From an uncultured Planctomycetaceae bacterium (GTDB lineage: Bacteria; Planctomycetota; Planctomycetia; Planctomycetales; Planctomycetaceae), in NCBI GenBank assembly GCA_963815195.1, contig CAWFGE010000012.1, positions 640,001 through 704,000 on the forward strand: a stretch of 64,000 bases of DNA, given 5' to 3'. The notes under the pieces were generated by a model. That model was given only the letters and a program-made list of their open reading frames with translations, had not been told where the DNA came from and searched no databases. Shown here piece by piece: positions 29,144-38,760 of this stretch; positions within the stretch are counted from its first letter, which is position 1, and each line of letters opens with the position of its first letter. Position numbers and translations under genes: made by a program.

Positions 29144-31669
29144 TCAATAGGTGGGCAAAACTTCCTGTTCCGCTTTGGCGGGGCGGATGGGTTGGGACGG
29201 ATCTTGGTTGGTTTGCAGCATCTTCAACCGGCCGATGTGGTTGGTCTCGAGTTGAATCTGCCTCGCATGCAGCCTGGTGCCGTTGGAGGTCGTGAGTTCC
29301 ACGCCGTCCGACGTCGCGCGGATGGTGAGCTGCGTCGGTTTCGATTCGGCAGCCTTCTTTTGCAGGGCGAACCACTTCATCGCCAATTGTTGGTTGACGA
29401 AGTTTTTCTTTAGATTCGCGAGCGACGTATGTTGTTCGCGGAGCTTTTTCTCCAGATCCGCTCCGGTCGCCAGATCGTCTTTCTGCATCATGCGGGCGAC
29501 TGCTTTCTCAAAGGCTTGCTCGCACGATCTGTTGGCTTTTTCCCATTGCTCATTGCCGAGCGTCAATTTCAAAGCTTCGGCGCAAAGTTTTCGTTCGATA
29601 AAGTGGTCCAGGTCCCGTTCGATCAGCAGCGCGCGGGCTTCTTCGTATTCGTCTCGTGAAAGCTTTTTCTTGGCCTCGGCCAATTGCGGGGCAAAGCGTT
29701 CCAAAATGTCCGAAGCGAGAATGGGAGAGCCGTTGACCATCGCCACCCAATCGCCGTCTTTCGGGGGGCAGACTTTGCAATCCCGGACGCCCACGGCCAA
29801 GCGAACGGCTTGGGGCGGGGCGACGGCTGAAGCCGAGGCTTCATGCGTCGTTTCTTTCTTCACGCAGGACTCGCAGTTTGCCTTTGAGCATTCTGAGCAT
29901 TTGGCCTCGGCACATTTTGCGGTTGAGCATTTGGCCTCAGTGCAGTTTCCGTTTGGGCACTGCGCCTCGGCCCCGTGGAATTGAATGTTTTGCACGCGGA
30001 CACGGCAGCGCTGGCCTTTATCGATTGTGCAATGAAAATGGACAGGATTGCCTTCTTTGGAGCAGGCTTCACAATCGGCTCCCTGACAACCCGCGCTTGT
30101 GCAGCACGGTTTAATCTTCACAAAAATATAGCCGAGATTATGGTAATACTCCTCAAGGGCATCGATGTTCTCGCGGGTTGGCGAAGGATTCGCAGCCGCG
30201 CGGTCTTTCTTGCCGCAGCATTCGCAGCTTGCCTTTGAGCATTCTGCGCATTTGGCCGCGGCACATTTTGTGGTTGCGCATTCTGCGCATTTGGCCTCGG
30301 CACATTGACCGTTTGGGCACGGGGTTTGGGTCTGGCCTACGACGCCAACAGACTGGCCTACGACGCCAACAGAGAAGTGAAACACTTGCGGTTTCGCGCT
30401 TTCCGTCACCGGGACGCCGGTGGTCTTGTAGAAACGGTTGATGTAGGGGATTTTGTTCAAGATCGGGTGGCTGATGATTCTAACCGAGGGACCGGTGGCG
30501 GGTTTCTTCGTGCCGCAGGAGCAGCTGCAGTCGCATTTGGTTTTGCAATCACACTGCTCATTGCAACACTTGGCTTTGGCGGAGGTTTCGCTGGTGCATT
30601 TGAACGGGCCATTCACGCCTGCCGCCTTCAGCGGAACACAATGGCTTGCGGAGACGGCCGGGACGGGGCGGCTGACGAGGTTGTGGGGCTTGGTCACCAC
30701 GGCGTGCAGGAATTGGGCGATCGAAGCCTGCACCGGCGGGGCGGCGCTTACGGTCAGCTCATCGCCATCGACGATGCAGCCCAACACGCCGGCACTTTGT
30801 TCCAAGATCGGTTCCAAAGCCTTGGCGGTTTCGTGGGGCACATCGTACTTCGCCCGCACGAAATGCTCGACGCTCTTCGCACCGGCAAACTCCGGAGGCA
30901 CCGGCGGCCGCCACCCTGTGGGAGCAACCGGCATGCCCACGGGAACCGGCGGGTGATAGTGGATGATCGGCGGATGCCCCGCGCGGCGGATTTCCCTCCA
31001 CATCGCTTGGCCCGTTTCCATATCGATAAAGGGCGGGGCAAACGCTTGCGGGCCGGCATGAAGCTGTTGCCAAAACGCCTTCACGGGACATTCACCCCAG
31101 GGGCATTCACCAGGGTCCGGTTGAGCGACGGGCGTCCCGGCCGGGCCGTTGGCTTTGCAGGCTTCGGTTTTGTCTTCGTTGGAGACCACCTGGAACTCGC
31201 CGCTCGCTTCGGTGTAATCGACGTGCCGAACGGCGGGCGGTTCTTCCGAGTACTCCACAACCTGGAGGGCAAATGGCGGGGGGAAGAATTGCGGCGGCCT
31301 GGAACCACGAAACTCGAATCCGGAGATAGTCGGCGGTTCGGCCGGCGGAGCGGGAAACAAAGCCGGCGCGGGAGGCGGGCAGGGAACGATCGCCACGGGC
31401 GGGCAGGAAAATATCGCCGGAAACTCCTGCGGCGGGCGCACGGCCGGCGAGAACAGATCAAACGGCGCGGGCGGCGGAACGGCCGGCGAGGCGACCATCC
31501 AGGTCGGCGAAACAGCCCGGGGGGGCAGTGACACCCGCGGCAAACGCAACAGCGGGCCCGCGGTCGTTTCAAACTCGCCCGGCACGGTAATCGCCCCGGA
31601 CGTCGGGGCTTTCTCGGGCTGCGGCGTCTCGTCCACAAACATCATCAGTAACGTCGCTAACAGCATCAT
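29144..31669 (-). CDS. Mosaic Pro/Cys-rich protein with secretin-like, POTRA-like and SurA-N-like segments
   Basis: Uninterrupted 841-aa ORF, AGGAG upstream; VAMVNGSPILASDI...LDHFIERKL (SurA-N-like) and LEEYYHNLGYIFVKI (POTRA-like). Confidence 0.65.
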   Translation of the reverse strand: MMLLATLLMMFVDETPQPEKAPTSGAITVPGEFETTAGPLLRLPRVSLPPRAVSPTWMVASPAVPPPAPFDLFSPAVRPPQEFPAIFSCPPVAIVPCPPPAPALFPAPPAEPPTISGFEFRGSRPPQFFPPPFALQVVEYSEEPPAVRHVDYTEASGEFQVVSNEDKTEACKANGPAGTPVAQPDPGECPWGECPVKAFWQQLHAGPQAFAPPFIDMETGQAMWREIRRAGHPPIIHYHPPVPVGMPVAPTGWRPPVPPEFAGAKSVEHFVRAKYDVPHETAKALEPILEQSAGVLGCIVDGDELTVSAAPPVQASIAQFLHAVVTKPHNLVSRPVPAVSASHCVPLKAAGVNGPFKCTSETSAKAKCCNEQCDCKTKCDCSCSCGTKKPATGPSVRIISHPILNKIPYINRFYKTTGVPVTESAKPQVFHFSVGVVGQSVGVVGQTQTPCPNGQCAEAKCAECATTKCAAAKCAECSKASCECCGKKDRAAANPSPTRENIDALEEYYHNLGYIFVKIKPCCTSAGCQGADCEACSKEGNPVHFHCTIDKGQRCRVRVQNIQFHGAEAQCPNGNCTEAKCSTAKCAEAKCSECSKANCESCVKKETTHEASASAVAPPQAVRLAVGVRDCKVCPPKDGDWVAMVNGSPILASDILERFAPQLAEAKKKLSRDEYEEARALLIERDLDHFIERKLCAEALKLTLGNEQWEKANRSCEQAFEKAVARMMQKDDLATGADLEKKLREQHTSLANLKKNFVNQQLAMKWFALQKKAAESKPTQLTIRATSDGVELTTSNGTRLHARQIQLETNHIGRLKMLQTNQDPSQPIRPAKAEQEVLPTY

Positions 31670-31973
31670 TCGCGTCCTGCTCCTGAAAATAGAAAATGTT
31701 CCCTAGAATCCTCGTGGGTCAGCCGCCCGATATGCAAACCGATTGCCATTGGCCGGGGCAATCGGGATTTTTCCGGGCGGAAATCGGCAACTCCTTATGA
31801 TGGCGTCGTTTCCGAAATCCGCCGCCCGCCGACGCCGGTCTCGCGGGAGCCGGAAAATTGAAACGATTACCACGCCGCTTGAAACATTTGCACGACTGGC
31901 CCCGATCGCGGAAGTTGTGTAGCTTGATGCTTCATCAACAAATCGCGAGAACATCGACCGAGGAAACCACGGC

Positions 31974-33671
31974 ATGCGAATCAATCGGCGGGACTTTCTG
32001 GGAACGGCGGCGGCGGCGAGCCTGGGGGGTGCCGCGTGGAGTGCGGAACAACGTCAATCCCGCAAAGCCCTCGGCCGGGAACTTGCGGCGGATGTGGTGA
32101 TCGTCGGCGGCAGCCTGGGCGGATGTGCGGCGGCGATCGCGGCCCTCCGGAACGGGCTTAAAGTCGTGATGACCGAGGAAACCGATTGGATCGGCGGGCA
32201 GCTCACCTCCCAAGCCGTGCCCCCGGACGAGCATGCGTCGATCGAGACCCGCGGGGCGAACCGCGCTTACCGCGAACTCAGAACCCGCATCCGGGAGTAT
32301 TACCGCCGGAATTATCCGCTCACCGCAGCCGCCCGCGGGAAACCGAACCTCAACCCGGGCAACGGCAGCGTCTCGCGATTATGTCACGAACCCCGCGTCG
32401 CGCTGGCCGTGCTCCGCGATTGGCTGGCCCCGTATCAGAGCGGCGGCCAATTGGCGCTGCTCGCCGAACACGTCCCCGTCGCCGCCGACGTGGAGCACGA
32501 CCGCATCCGGGCGGTCCGCGTGCGGTCTTTGCGTTCGGGGCGGGACATTGTTTTGCAGGCTCCCTATTATCTGGATGCGACCGAATTGGGCGATTTGCTG
32601 CCTTTGGCGAAGGCCGAGTTCGCCGTCGGTTCCGAAGCGAAATCCGAGACGAACGAACTCCACGCCGGGGAATCGGCCGACCCGGACAATCAGCAAGCCT
32701 TCACGATGTGCTTTCCCGCGGAATATGTCGCCGGCCGCGATAGCGCGATCGAGAAACCGAAGGATTACGATTTCTGGCGGAACTTCGTGCCCAAGCTCGC
32801 GCCGCCTTGGCCGGGGAAGCTCTTGGATTTGACCTACACGCATCCCCGCTCCGGGAAGCCGAAGACGTTGGGCTTCGATCCCACCGGCCGCGCGACCGCG
32901 GGCACGCTCAACCTCTGGCTCTACCGCCGGATCGCCGACCCCAAGAATTTCGAGCCGGGCACCTATCCCGGCGGCATCAGCCTCGTCAACTGGCCGCAGA
33001 ACGATTACGTGCTCGGCAACTTGATCGGCGTCACCGCGGAGGAAAAACAAAAGCACATCGACCAGGCCAAGCAGTTGAGCTTATCGCTTTTGTATTGGCT
33101 GCAAACCGAAGTGCCCCGGCCGGATGGAGGCCAGGGTTTTCCGGGGCTGAGACTTCGCGGCGATCTGGTGGGGACAGACGACGGCCTCGCCAAGTATCCC
33201 TACGTCCGCGAATCCCGCCGCCTCCGGGCGGTGTTCACGGTGCGGGAAGAACATGTCGGTGCCCAGCAGCGGTCCACGGTCACCGGCAAGTCGGGGAGAG
33301 ACCTCACCGCGGCCCCGTTTGCCGATTCCGTCGGCGTCGGTTATTACAATATCGATCTCCACCCCTCGAGCGGCGGCGACAACTATATCGACTTCTCCGC
33401 ACTCCCCTTTCAGATTCCCTTGGGGGCTTTGCTGCCACGACGGCTCACCAATCTGCTGCCGGCCTCCAAGAACATCGGCACGACGCACATCACGGGCGGC
33501 TGTTACCGGCTGCATCCCGTGGAGTGGGGCATCGGCGAAGCCGCGGGCTGCCTCGTGCAATTCGCTTTGAATCGAAACCTCACCCCCCACGCGGTCCGCG
33601 AATCCGCGAAACACCTCGCCGATTTTCAAAAACACCTGCAAGCACAAGGCGTGGAGTTGGCTTGGACGTGA
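31974..33671 (+). CDS. Tat-exported FAD-dependent oxidoreductase
   Basis: NRRDFL twin-Arg signal; IVGGSLGG, DATELGD and PYVRESRR motifs. Confidence 0.88.
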   Translation: MRINRRDFLGTAAAASLGGAAWSAEQRQSRKALGRELAADVVIVGGSLGGCAAAIAALRNGLKVVMTEETDWIGGQLTSQAVPPDEHASIETRGANRAYRELRTRIREYYRRNYPLTAAARGKPNLNPGNGSVSRLCHEPRVALAVLRDWLAPYQSGGQLALLAEHVPVAADVEHDRIRAVRVRSLRSGRDIVLQAPYYLDATELGDLLPLAKAEFAVGSEAKSETNELHAGESADPDNQQAFTMCFPAEYVAGRDSAIEKPKDYDFWRNFVPKLAPPWPGKLLDLTYTHPRSGKPKTLGFDPTGRATAGTLNLWLYRRIADPKNFEPGTYPGGISLVNWPQNDYVLGNLIGVTAEEKQKHIDQAKQLSLSLLYWLQTEVPRPDGGQGFPGLRLRGDLVGTDDGLAKYPYVRESRRLRAVFTVREEHVGAQQRSTVTGKSGRDLTAAPFADSVGVGYYNIDLHPSSGGDNYIDFSALPFQIPLGALLPRRLTNLLPASKNIGTTHITGGCYRLHPVEWGIGEAAGCLVQFALNRNLTPHAVRESAKHLADFQKHLQAQGVELAWT

Positions 33672-33680
33672 TGCAACGCA

Positions 33681-34232
33681 TCATGGGGCTGATGCCCCGC
33701 GCTCGCCGTCTTCGGAACACCAGTCCTTAAACAGCAAGCTCGGCTGGATGCCCTGGTTGTTCTGGTACTTGTTGCTCTGGTATTCGGTGTAGTCGCCTTG
33801 GATCGTGTGATAGAAAATCTGGCAGATCTCGACGCCGGGGTAGATGCGGATCGGTTGGACGGCGAACATTTCCAGGGTCCAATATCCGCAAAAGCCGACG
33901 TCGCCGAAGCCCGCGGTGATGTGCACGAACAATCCCAATCGGCCGATCGACGATCGCCCTTCGAGCATGGGCACGAAGCCGCGGGTTTCGGTGCGTTCGA
34001 GCGTCCGCCCCAAATGCAATCGGCCGGGCGAGATGACGTAACCCTCCTCGGGAATTATGATCGTCTCGCAAGCATTGGGCCTTCGCATGTCGAGCACCTC
34101 TTCGGTGTAAACGAGCAGCTCATTGTGCAGGCGGAGGTTGTAGCTGTTGGGATTGAGCTGCGATTCCTGGAAGGGATCGATAACAATCTCCGTCCCCAAC
34201 CGCGTGTGGATCTCTTTGCCGCTGAGAATCAT
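33681..34232 (-). CDS. dcd: dCTP deaminase
   Basis: EGRSSIGRLGLFVHITAGFGDVGF..TLE motif. Confidence 0.95.
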   Translation of the reverse strand: MILSGKEIHTRLGTEIVIDPFQESQLNPNSYNLRLHNELLVYTEEVLDMRRPNACETIIIPEEGYVISPGRLHLGRTLERTETRGFVPMLEGRSSIGRLGLFVHITAGFGDVGFCGYWTLEMFAVQPIRIYPGVEICQIFYHTIQGDYTEYQSNKYQNNQGIQPSLLFKDWCSEDGERGASAP

Positions 34233-34288
34233 CTCTTGCGCTCACTTTCACTGGGAACGAGGGCTTCCTGTCCAATGAAAATCCATTT

Positions 34289-34399
34289 GGATCGCGAAGA
34301 ATATAACTTCAGCATTTGGGATCAACAGGCGAGCGGGGGGCGTAAGCCCCCTGGTTTTGTTAAATGGTTCAAAAACTGAAGTTGTTTTCTTGGCGGTCC
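34289..34399 (-). mobile_element. 111-bp MITE, copy B
   Basis: Identical to copy A in opposite orientation; flanked by TTT/TTT. Confidence 0.88.
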
Positions 34400-34630
34400 T
34401 TTGCAAAGTGACTGAGGTTAGAGGTTAGGACCAATTGAGAAATAACTGTTTTGATTTCAATCCCAACGACTTGATCGGTGGACTTTTCGGTTCCTACTTC
34501 AAATGTGCATGAATGGTGGCGGTTGTATGGAAACCGGACATTAATTCCTCGATCGGTCGTTAGAGGATATAATCTGCTTCCCCTCCAACCGCCATCCGCC
34601 AACCTCCAACCTCCAACCTCAGCAACATAC

Positions 34631-35374
34631 CTAACCGGTGCTCTTCTTGCGTATGGTTTGCTTTTCAGAGGAATCCTCCAACGGCGGCAAACCGATGCGG
34701 CGGCAATCTTTGAGGAGGGTGCATTCGTGGCAGCGGGGCCGGCGGGCGATGCAGATTTTGCGGCCGTGGTGGATTACGCGGTGCGAATACTCGATCCAGC
34801 TTTTCCGGGGCAGGATTTCCTGGAGTTCGCGCTCGATGATCTCTGGGTTTTTGCTGTCGGTGAGGCCGAACAGATAGCTGATGCGTTTGACGTGCGTGTC
34901 CACCACGACGCCGCTGGGAACGCCGAACCACGTGCCGAGGACGACGTTCGCCGTCTTGCGGCCCACGCCCGGCAGCGAGACCAGGTCCTCCATGTTGTCC
35001 GGCACTTCGCCGTCGAACCGCTCCGTCAAGCCTTCCGCCATGCCGCGAATGTTCGCCGCCTTCGCCCGGAAAAAACCCAAAGGCTTGACGATCGGTTCCA
35101 CCTCGCTTTGCCCGGCTTTCGCCAAATCTTCCGGCGTGGGGAACTGGCGGAACAGCTCCGGTGTCGCGGCGTTCACGCGCTCGTCGGTGCATTGGGCCGA
35201 GAGAATCACCGCCGTCAAAAGCTGGTAGGCCGACTCGTGCTGCAGAGCGCACGGTGCTTCCGGATAGGCCTTCTCCAGCCCGCGCAACAGCCGGCGGGCC
35301 CGCTTCTTCTTGTCTTCGAGCGATTCCGGTTCCCAGTCCACGGCGGCTTCGGCGGTTTTTTTCTTCTTGGCCAC
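34631..35374 (-). CDS. nth: Endonuclease III
   Basis: [25 protein letters not shown] and CX6CX2CX5C motifs. Confidence 0.96.
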   Translation of the reverse strand: MAKKKKTAEAAVDWEPESLEDKKKRARRLLRGLEKAYPEAPCALQHESAYQLLTAVILSAQCTDERVNAATPELFRQFPTPEDLAKAGQSEVEPIVKPLGFFRAKAANIRGMAEGLTERFDGEVPDNMEDLVSLPGVGRKTANVVLGTWFGVPSGVVVDTHVKRISYLFGLTDSKNPEIIERELQEILPRKSWIEYSHRVIHHGRKICIARRPRCHECTLLKDCRRIGLPPLEDSSEKQTIRKKSTG

Positions 35375-35662
35375 GACGTTTCAGGCTTTCGGAAAGACAA
35401 AGGATCGGGCAAGCGGTGACAAAACGCAACACAATGGGCGGATGCTTCGTTTTCATTCATCCGGCACCGGGGCGCTGTTCGAGTTTTTCCGGGCCGGCAA
35501 TTTTCTGGACACCCCACGGGCGAGGCTTTTAGAATCAGACGAAGGGCCGCCAGGCCGCGATGATGATAGGCGATTTCTAATGAAATCCCAATGACCAGCC
35601 CCAATGACCAAATCCGCACGCCAAACCGGGTGCTCTTTCACTCTGCGACTCGTTGACTTTCC

Positions 35663-36055
35663 ATGGAATACCCCGCCCTGTATCTCGAAGGCATCCGGCT
35701 GTTTAACGAGCGGGAGTTTTTTGCCTGCCACGATGTCTTGGAGGAGCTGTGGACCGACACGCTCGGACCGGAGCGGGCGTTTTATCAAGGCTTGATTCAC
35801 GCGGCGGTGTCGCTGTTTCACTTCGAGGAAGGAAATCTGGGCGGGGCGCGGAAGATGTATGACTCCACCAACCGCTATCTGTCGCCTTTTGCACCGGTCT
35901 ATCTGGGTCTCGATCTGGAAGCGTTTTTGAGAGATTACCAAACCTGTTTTAGGCCCCTGTTGGATGCGGGTTCCTCGTGGCCGGCCGGGGTCGTGCTGGA
36001 TCCGGACGCCGTCCCCAATCTTCGCTGGAAAGCCGACGCCGAACATGATGTCTGA
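35663..36055 (+). CDS. DUF309 domain protein
   Basis: FNEREFFACHDVLEELW and YQGLIHAAV motifs. Confidence 0.88.
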   Translation: MEYPALYLEGIRLFNEREFFACHDVLEELWTDTLGPERAFYQGLIHAAVSLFHFEEGNLGGARKMYDSTNRYLSPFAPVYLGLDLEAFLRDYQTCFRPLLDAGSSWPAGVVLDPDAVPNLRWKADAEHDV

Positions 36056-36743
36056 GAATTTCGACCTGAGGGCGGAGCTTGCCGAGTTTTCGGGTTCCGC
36101 CGCGCTGTTCCCTTTGCCGAACGCGGTGTTCTTTCCGCGGACGTTGTTTCCTTTGCACATTTTCGAGCCGCGGTATCGCCGAATGACGGCGGATGCGTTG
36201 GAAGAGAACCGCTTGATCGCGATGGCGCTATTAAGGCCGGGCTGGGAAATGCTCCCGGACGGCCAGGTGCCGCCGATTTATGAAACGGTCTGCTTGAGCA
36301 AGATCGCGGCGGAGGAAAAACTGCCCGACGGCGGGTACTATTTGGTGATGCAGGGTCTTTGCCGCGCGCGCATTGTCGCGGAGACTGAGGGGGACTTGCC
36401 CTACCGCATCGGGGAACTGGAGCTTTGCCCCGACGAGGAAATCTCCGCCGGCCCCGAAGAGCAAATCCTGCGGGAGGAACTGCTGCGCAGCCTGCAAAGC
36501 CTGCAACCGGGGTTGGCGGTGAGTTCAATGTTTGCGCCTGCGCTCGACGCCGAATTGCCCTTGGGCGCGTTTTGCGACGTGCTGGCCCATGCCCTCCGCT
36601 TGCCGCCCGGAGACTGCCAGAGCATTCTCGAAGAGCAAAACATCTCCCGCCGCGGCCGACTGGTTTTGAAGGCCATCCGCGCGGCCGCCCGGCAGCGAGA
36701 AATCGTTCCCGCACACTTCCCGCCCAAATTCAGCCGGAATTAG
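36045..36743 (+). CDS. Stand-alone LON substrate-binding (N-terminal) domain protein
   Basis: LFPLPNAVFFP..PLHIFEPRYRRM motif. Confidence 0.88.
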   Translation: MMSENFDLRAELAEFSGSAALFPLPNAVFFPRTLFPLHIFEPRYRRMTADALEENRLIAMALLRPGWEMLPDGQVPPIYETVCLSKIAAEEKLPDGGYYLVMQGLCRARIVAETEGDLPYRIGELELCPDEEISAGPEEQILREELLRSLQSLQPGLAVSSMFAPALDAELPLGAFCDVLAHALRLPPGDCQSILEEQNISRRGRLVLKAIRAAARQREIVPAHFPPKFSRN

Positions 36744-36948
36744 CAACCCCATGGGATACGCTTCCCATGACTCATGTGGTAAAAAGGGATTGCTCACTTT
36801 CTTCGCCAATCCGCGGGCGTTCCCCCGTTCCAATCCCGAAAGAACCTCATTATGCCAAACCGTCCGTCCGGGTCGGGAGTTCTTTTGGTTCTTCCGGCGA
36901 ATGAGGGGGGGGCAACTGCGACGGTGTTAAAGAATATCTTGTGTGCTC

Positions 36949-36974
36949 TTTCACCTCCCCTTGGGGAGGTGAAA
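36949..36974. other. Perfect 12-bp inverted repeat, core of a longer predicted hairpin
   Basis: TTTCACCTCCCC-TT-GGGGAGGTGAAA. Confidence 0.7.
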
Positions 36975-37168
36975 TCCATCATTCATTGATTGATCATCAC
37001 ACAAAAAGATCATCCACGCCGTTCTTCTACTGGTCGTTTTGGGGTTACTGCCTTGTTCTTTTCTTTTTCAATCCCGCGGCGGGGATTCGGAAACTCGCGA
37101 TGAGCCGGTTTGCCGGTGCAACCGGCAAGCAAGAACGCCGCTGAAATTGCCCGAGGAAAAATCGACCC

Positions 37169-37900
37169 GTGGATGCCTTCAAACCCTTGGCTGAGAAAAT
37201 CGCGCTCGTCACCGGCGGGACCGGGGGCATCGGCGGCGCGATTGCGATCGCCCTTGCGGACGCCGGTTGCGAAGTCGCCGCCACCGGCTGCACCCAGGCG
37301 GAAACCGACCGCTTCGATTCCCAAGGCCGAGCCATCACCCGCCGAGTGCTCGATGTGACCGACTCCGCTCAAATCGCGAAGCTCGTCGCGGAGTTTTCGC
37401 GGTTGGACGTTCTGGTGAACGCGGCCGGGATCCTCTTGCGGGACGACCGCGAGCATCGGCCCGAGGACTTCGCCCGCGTCGTGGATGTCAATCTCACCGG
37501 CACGATGCGGATGTGTGCCGGGTGTCGCGATTTGCTCGCCAAGGGAGGCGGAGCGATTTTGAATCTGGCTTCGATGCTCAGCTACTTCGGCAGCGGGTTT
37601 GTGCCCGCCTACAGTGCCAGCAAAGGCGGCATCGTGCAGCTCACAAAATCCTTGGCGATCGCCTGGGCGAAAGACGGCATTCGCGTGAACGCCATCGCCC
37701 CCGGCTGGATCGAAACCCCGCTCACCCAGGCTCTGCGGGACAATCCCCAGCGGAGCGAGGAAATCTTGAACCGCACCCCGCTGGGCCGCTGGGGCCGGCC
37801 GGACGATCTCGCGGGAGCCGCGGTGTTTTTGTGCTCCCCCGCCGCCAATTTCATCACGGGCGCGACGCTGCCCGTGGACGGCGGCTATTCCATTGCCTGA
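37169..37900 (+). CDS. SDR family oxidoreductase (KduD-like)
   Basis: TGGTGGIG, YSASKGG, NAIAPG and VDGG motifs. Confidence 0.92.
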   Translation: MDAFKPLAEKIALVTGGTGGIGGAIAIALADAGCEVAATGCTQAETDRFDSQGRAITRRVLDVTDSAQIAKLVAEFSRLDVLVNAAGILLRDDREHRPEDFARVVDVNLTGTMRMCAGCRDLLAKGGGAILNLASMLSYFGSGFVPAYSASKGGIVQLTKSLAIAWAKDGIRVNAIAPGWIETPLTQALRDNPQRSEEILNRTPLGRWGRPDDLAGAAVFLCSPAANFITGATLPVDGGYSIA

Positions 37901-38224
37901 TCAGCCGGCGGGCGTTAGCGAAACGACGTCGAACTTGGTGTTCAATTTCGTGACCTCGAGCACCGTGAGCACATCTTCGGACGGGTTGGCGATGCGAACG
38001 GGAATCCCGCGCTGCCGAATCGTCAGCAACAGGCCCAGCATGGTGCTGGGGATAATCGCGACCCCTTCCAGATCGAAGGTGAACGCTTCGCAGGGATTGT
38101 TCTCCAGATACGTTTCGAGATAGCACCGGCAGTGTTCCACCAGGCTATCGTGGGGAAACTCCACGGAGCGAAACCGAGCCACGGCTTCGCTGCCGTTTTG
38201 CGTGACGTCAAATCGGTGGGACAT
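37901..38224 (-). CDS. STAS domain protein (anti-sigma-factor antagonist-like)
   Basis: FDLEGVAIIPSTMLGLL and NPSEDVLTVLEVTKL motifs. Confidence 0.8.
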   Translation of the reverse strand: MSHRFDVTQNGSEAVARFRSVEFPHDSLVEHCRCYLETYLENNPCEAFTFDLEGVAIIPSTMLGLLLTIRQRGIPVRIANPSEDVLTVLEVTKLNTKFDVVSLTPAG

Positions 38225-38760
38225 GTGCGTTGGCCTCTTTCACAAGTCGGGCTGGGCAGGTTTTCCTTGAGTGTGCGATGGATTTCCAAGGTTAACCTAC
38301 GTCGCCGGGTCGGAAACACAAGCGGAAACTCCTTATTCCTGAACGGGATTCAACGAGAGAAAGCCCGGAGATGCGCTGAGCGATTACTCAGCCTTGTCTT
38401 TACAGATCGCAAAATCGAACCGATTTTCCCAAAAAATTGTCCGCTAATTCCCAGAAACGTCGTTTTGCCGGCATTTACCCGCCGCGAATCCCCCTCGGCC
38501 GCTGAACACAAAAGCCTCGGATGCGGGTACAAATTCTCAGGCACTCGGCACACTTTTGGCGACAAATCATCAGACTTCTCCAGATCCGAGTAAAATCCCT
38601 AGGTTTTTTCGATTGCACCGCCTAAAGACATTGACTTCCGTATCCTGTCCGTGTCTACTGCAAACTTTACGCTGGTTTCCTGGCTTCTCCAATTTCATCG
38701 CGTCTGCCGCGGCCCCGGCCGCTTTCTCAACCCGCCGCCCCCATAGCCCAGACTGAGATC

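Noticed and set aside
28683..34399. Composite transposon
   Set aside because: Each MITE has its own distinct TSD, the outer flanks do not match, there is no transposase, and the cargo includes housekeeping dcd
34402..34570. Low-GC patch as a gene
   Set aside because: No convincing start or recognisable motif; the ORF is stitched from a heptamer repeat and the MITE
38225..38760. Riboswitch in the long adhesin leader
   Set aside because: No consensus I can recognise
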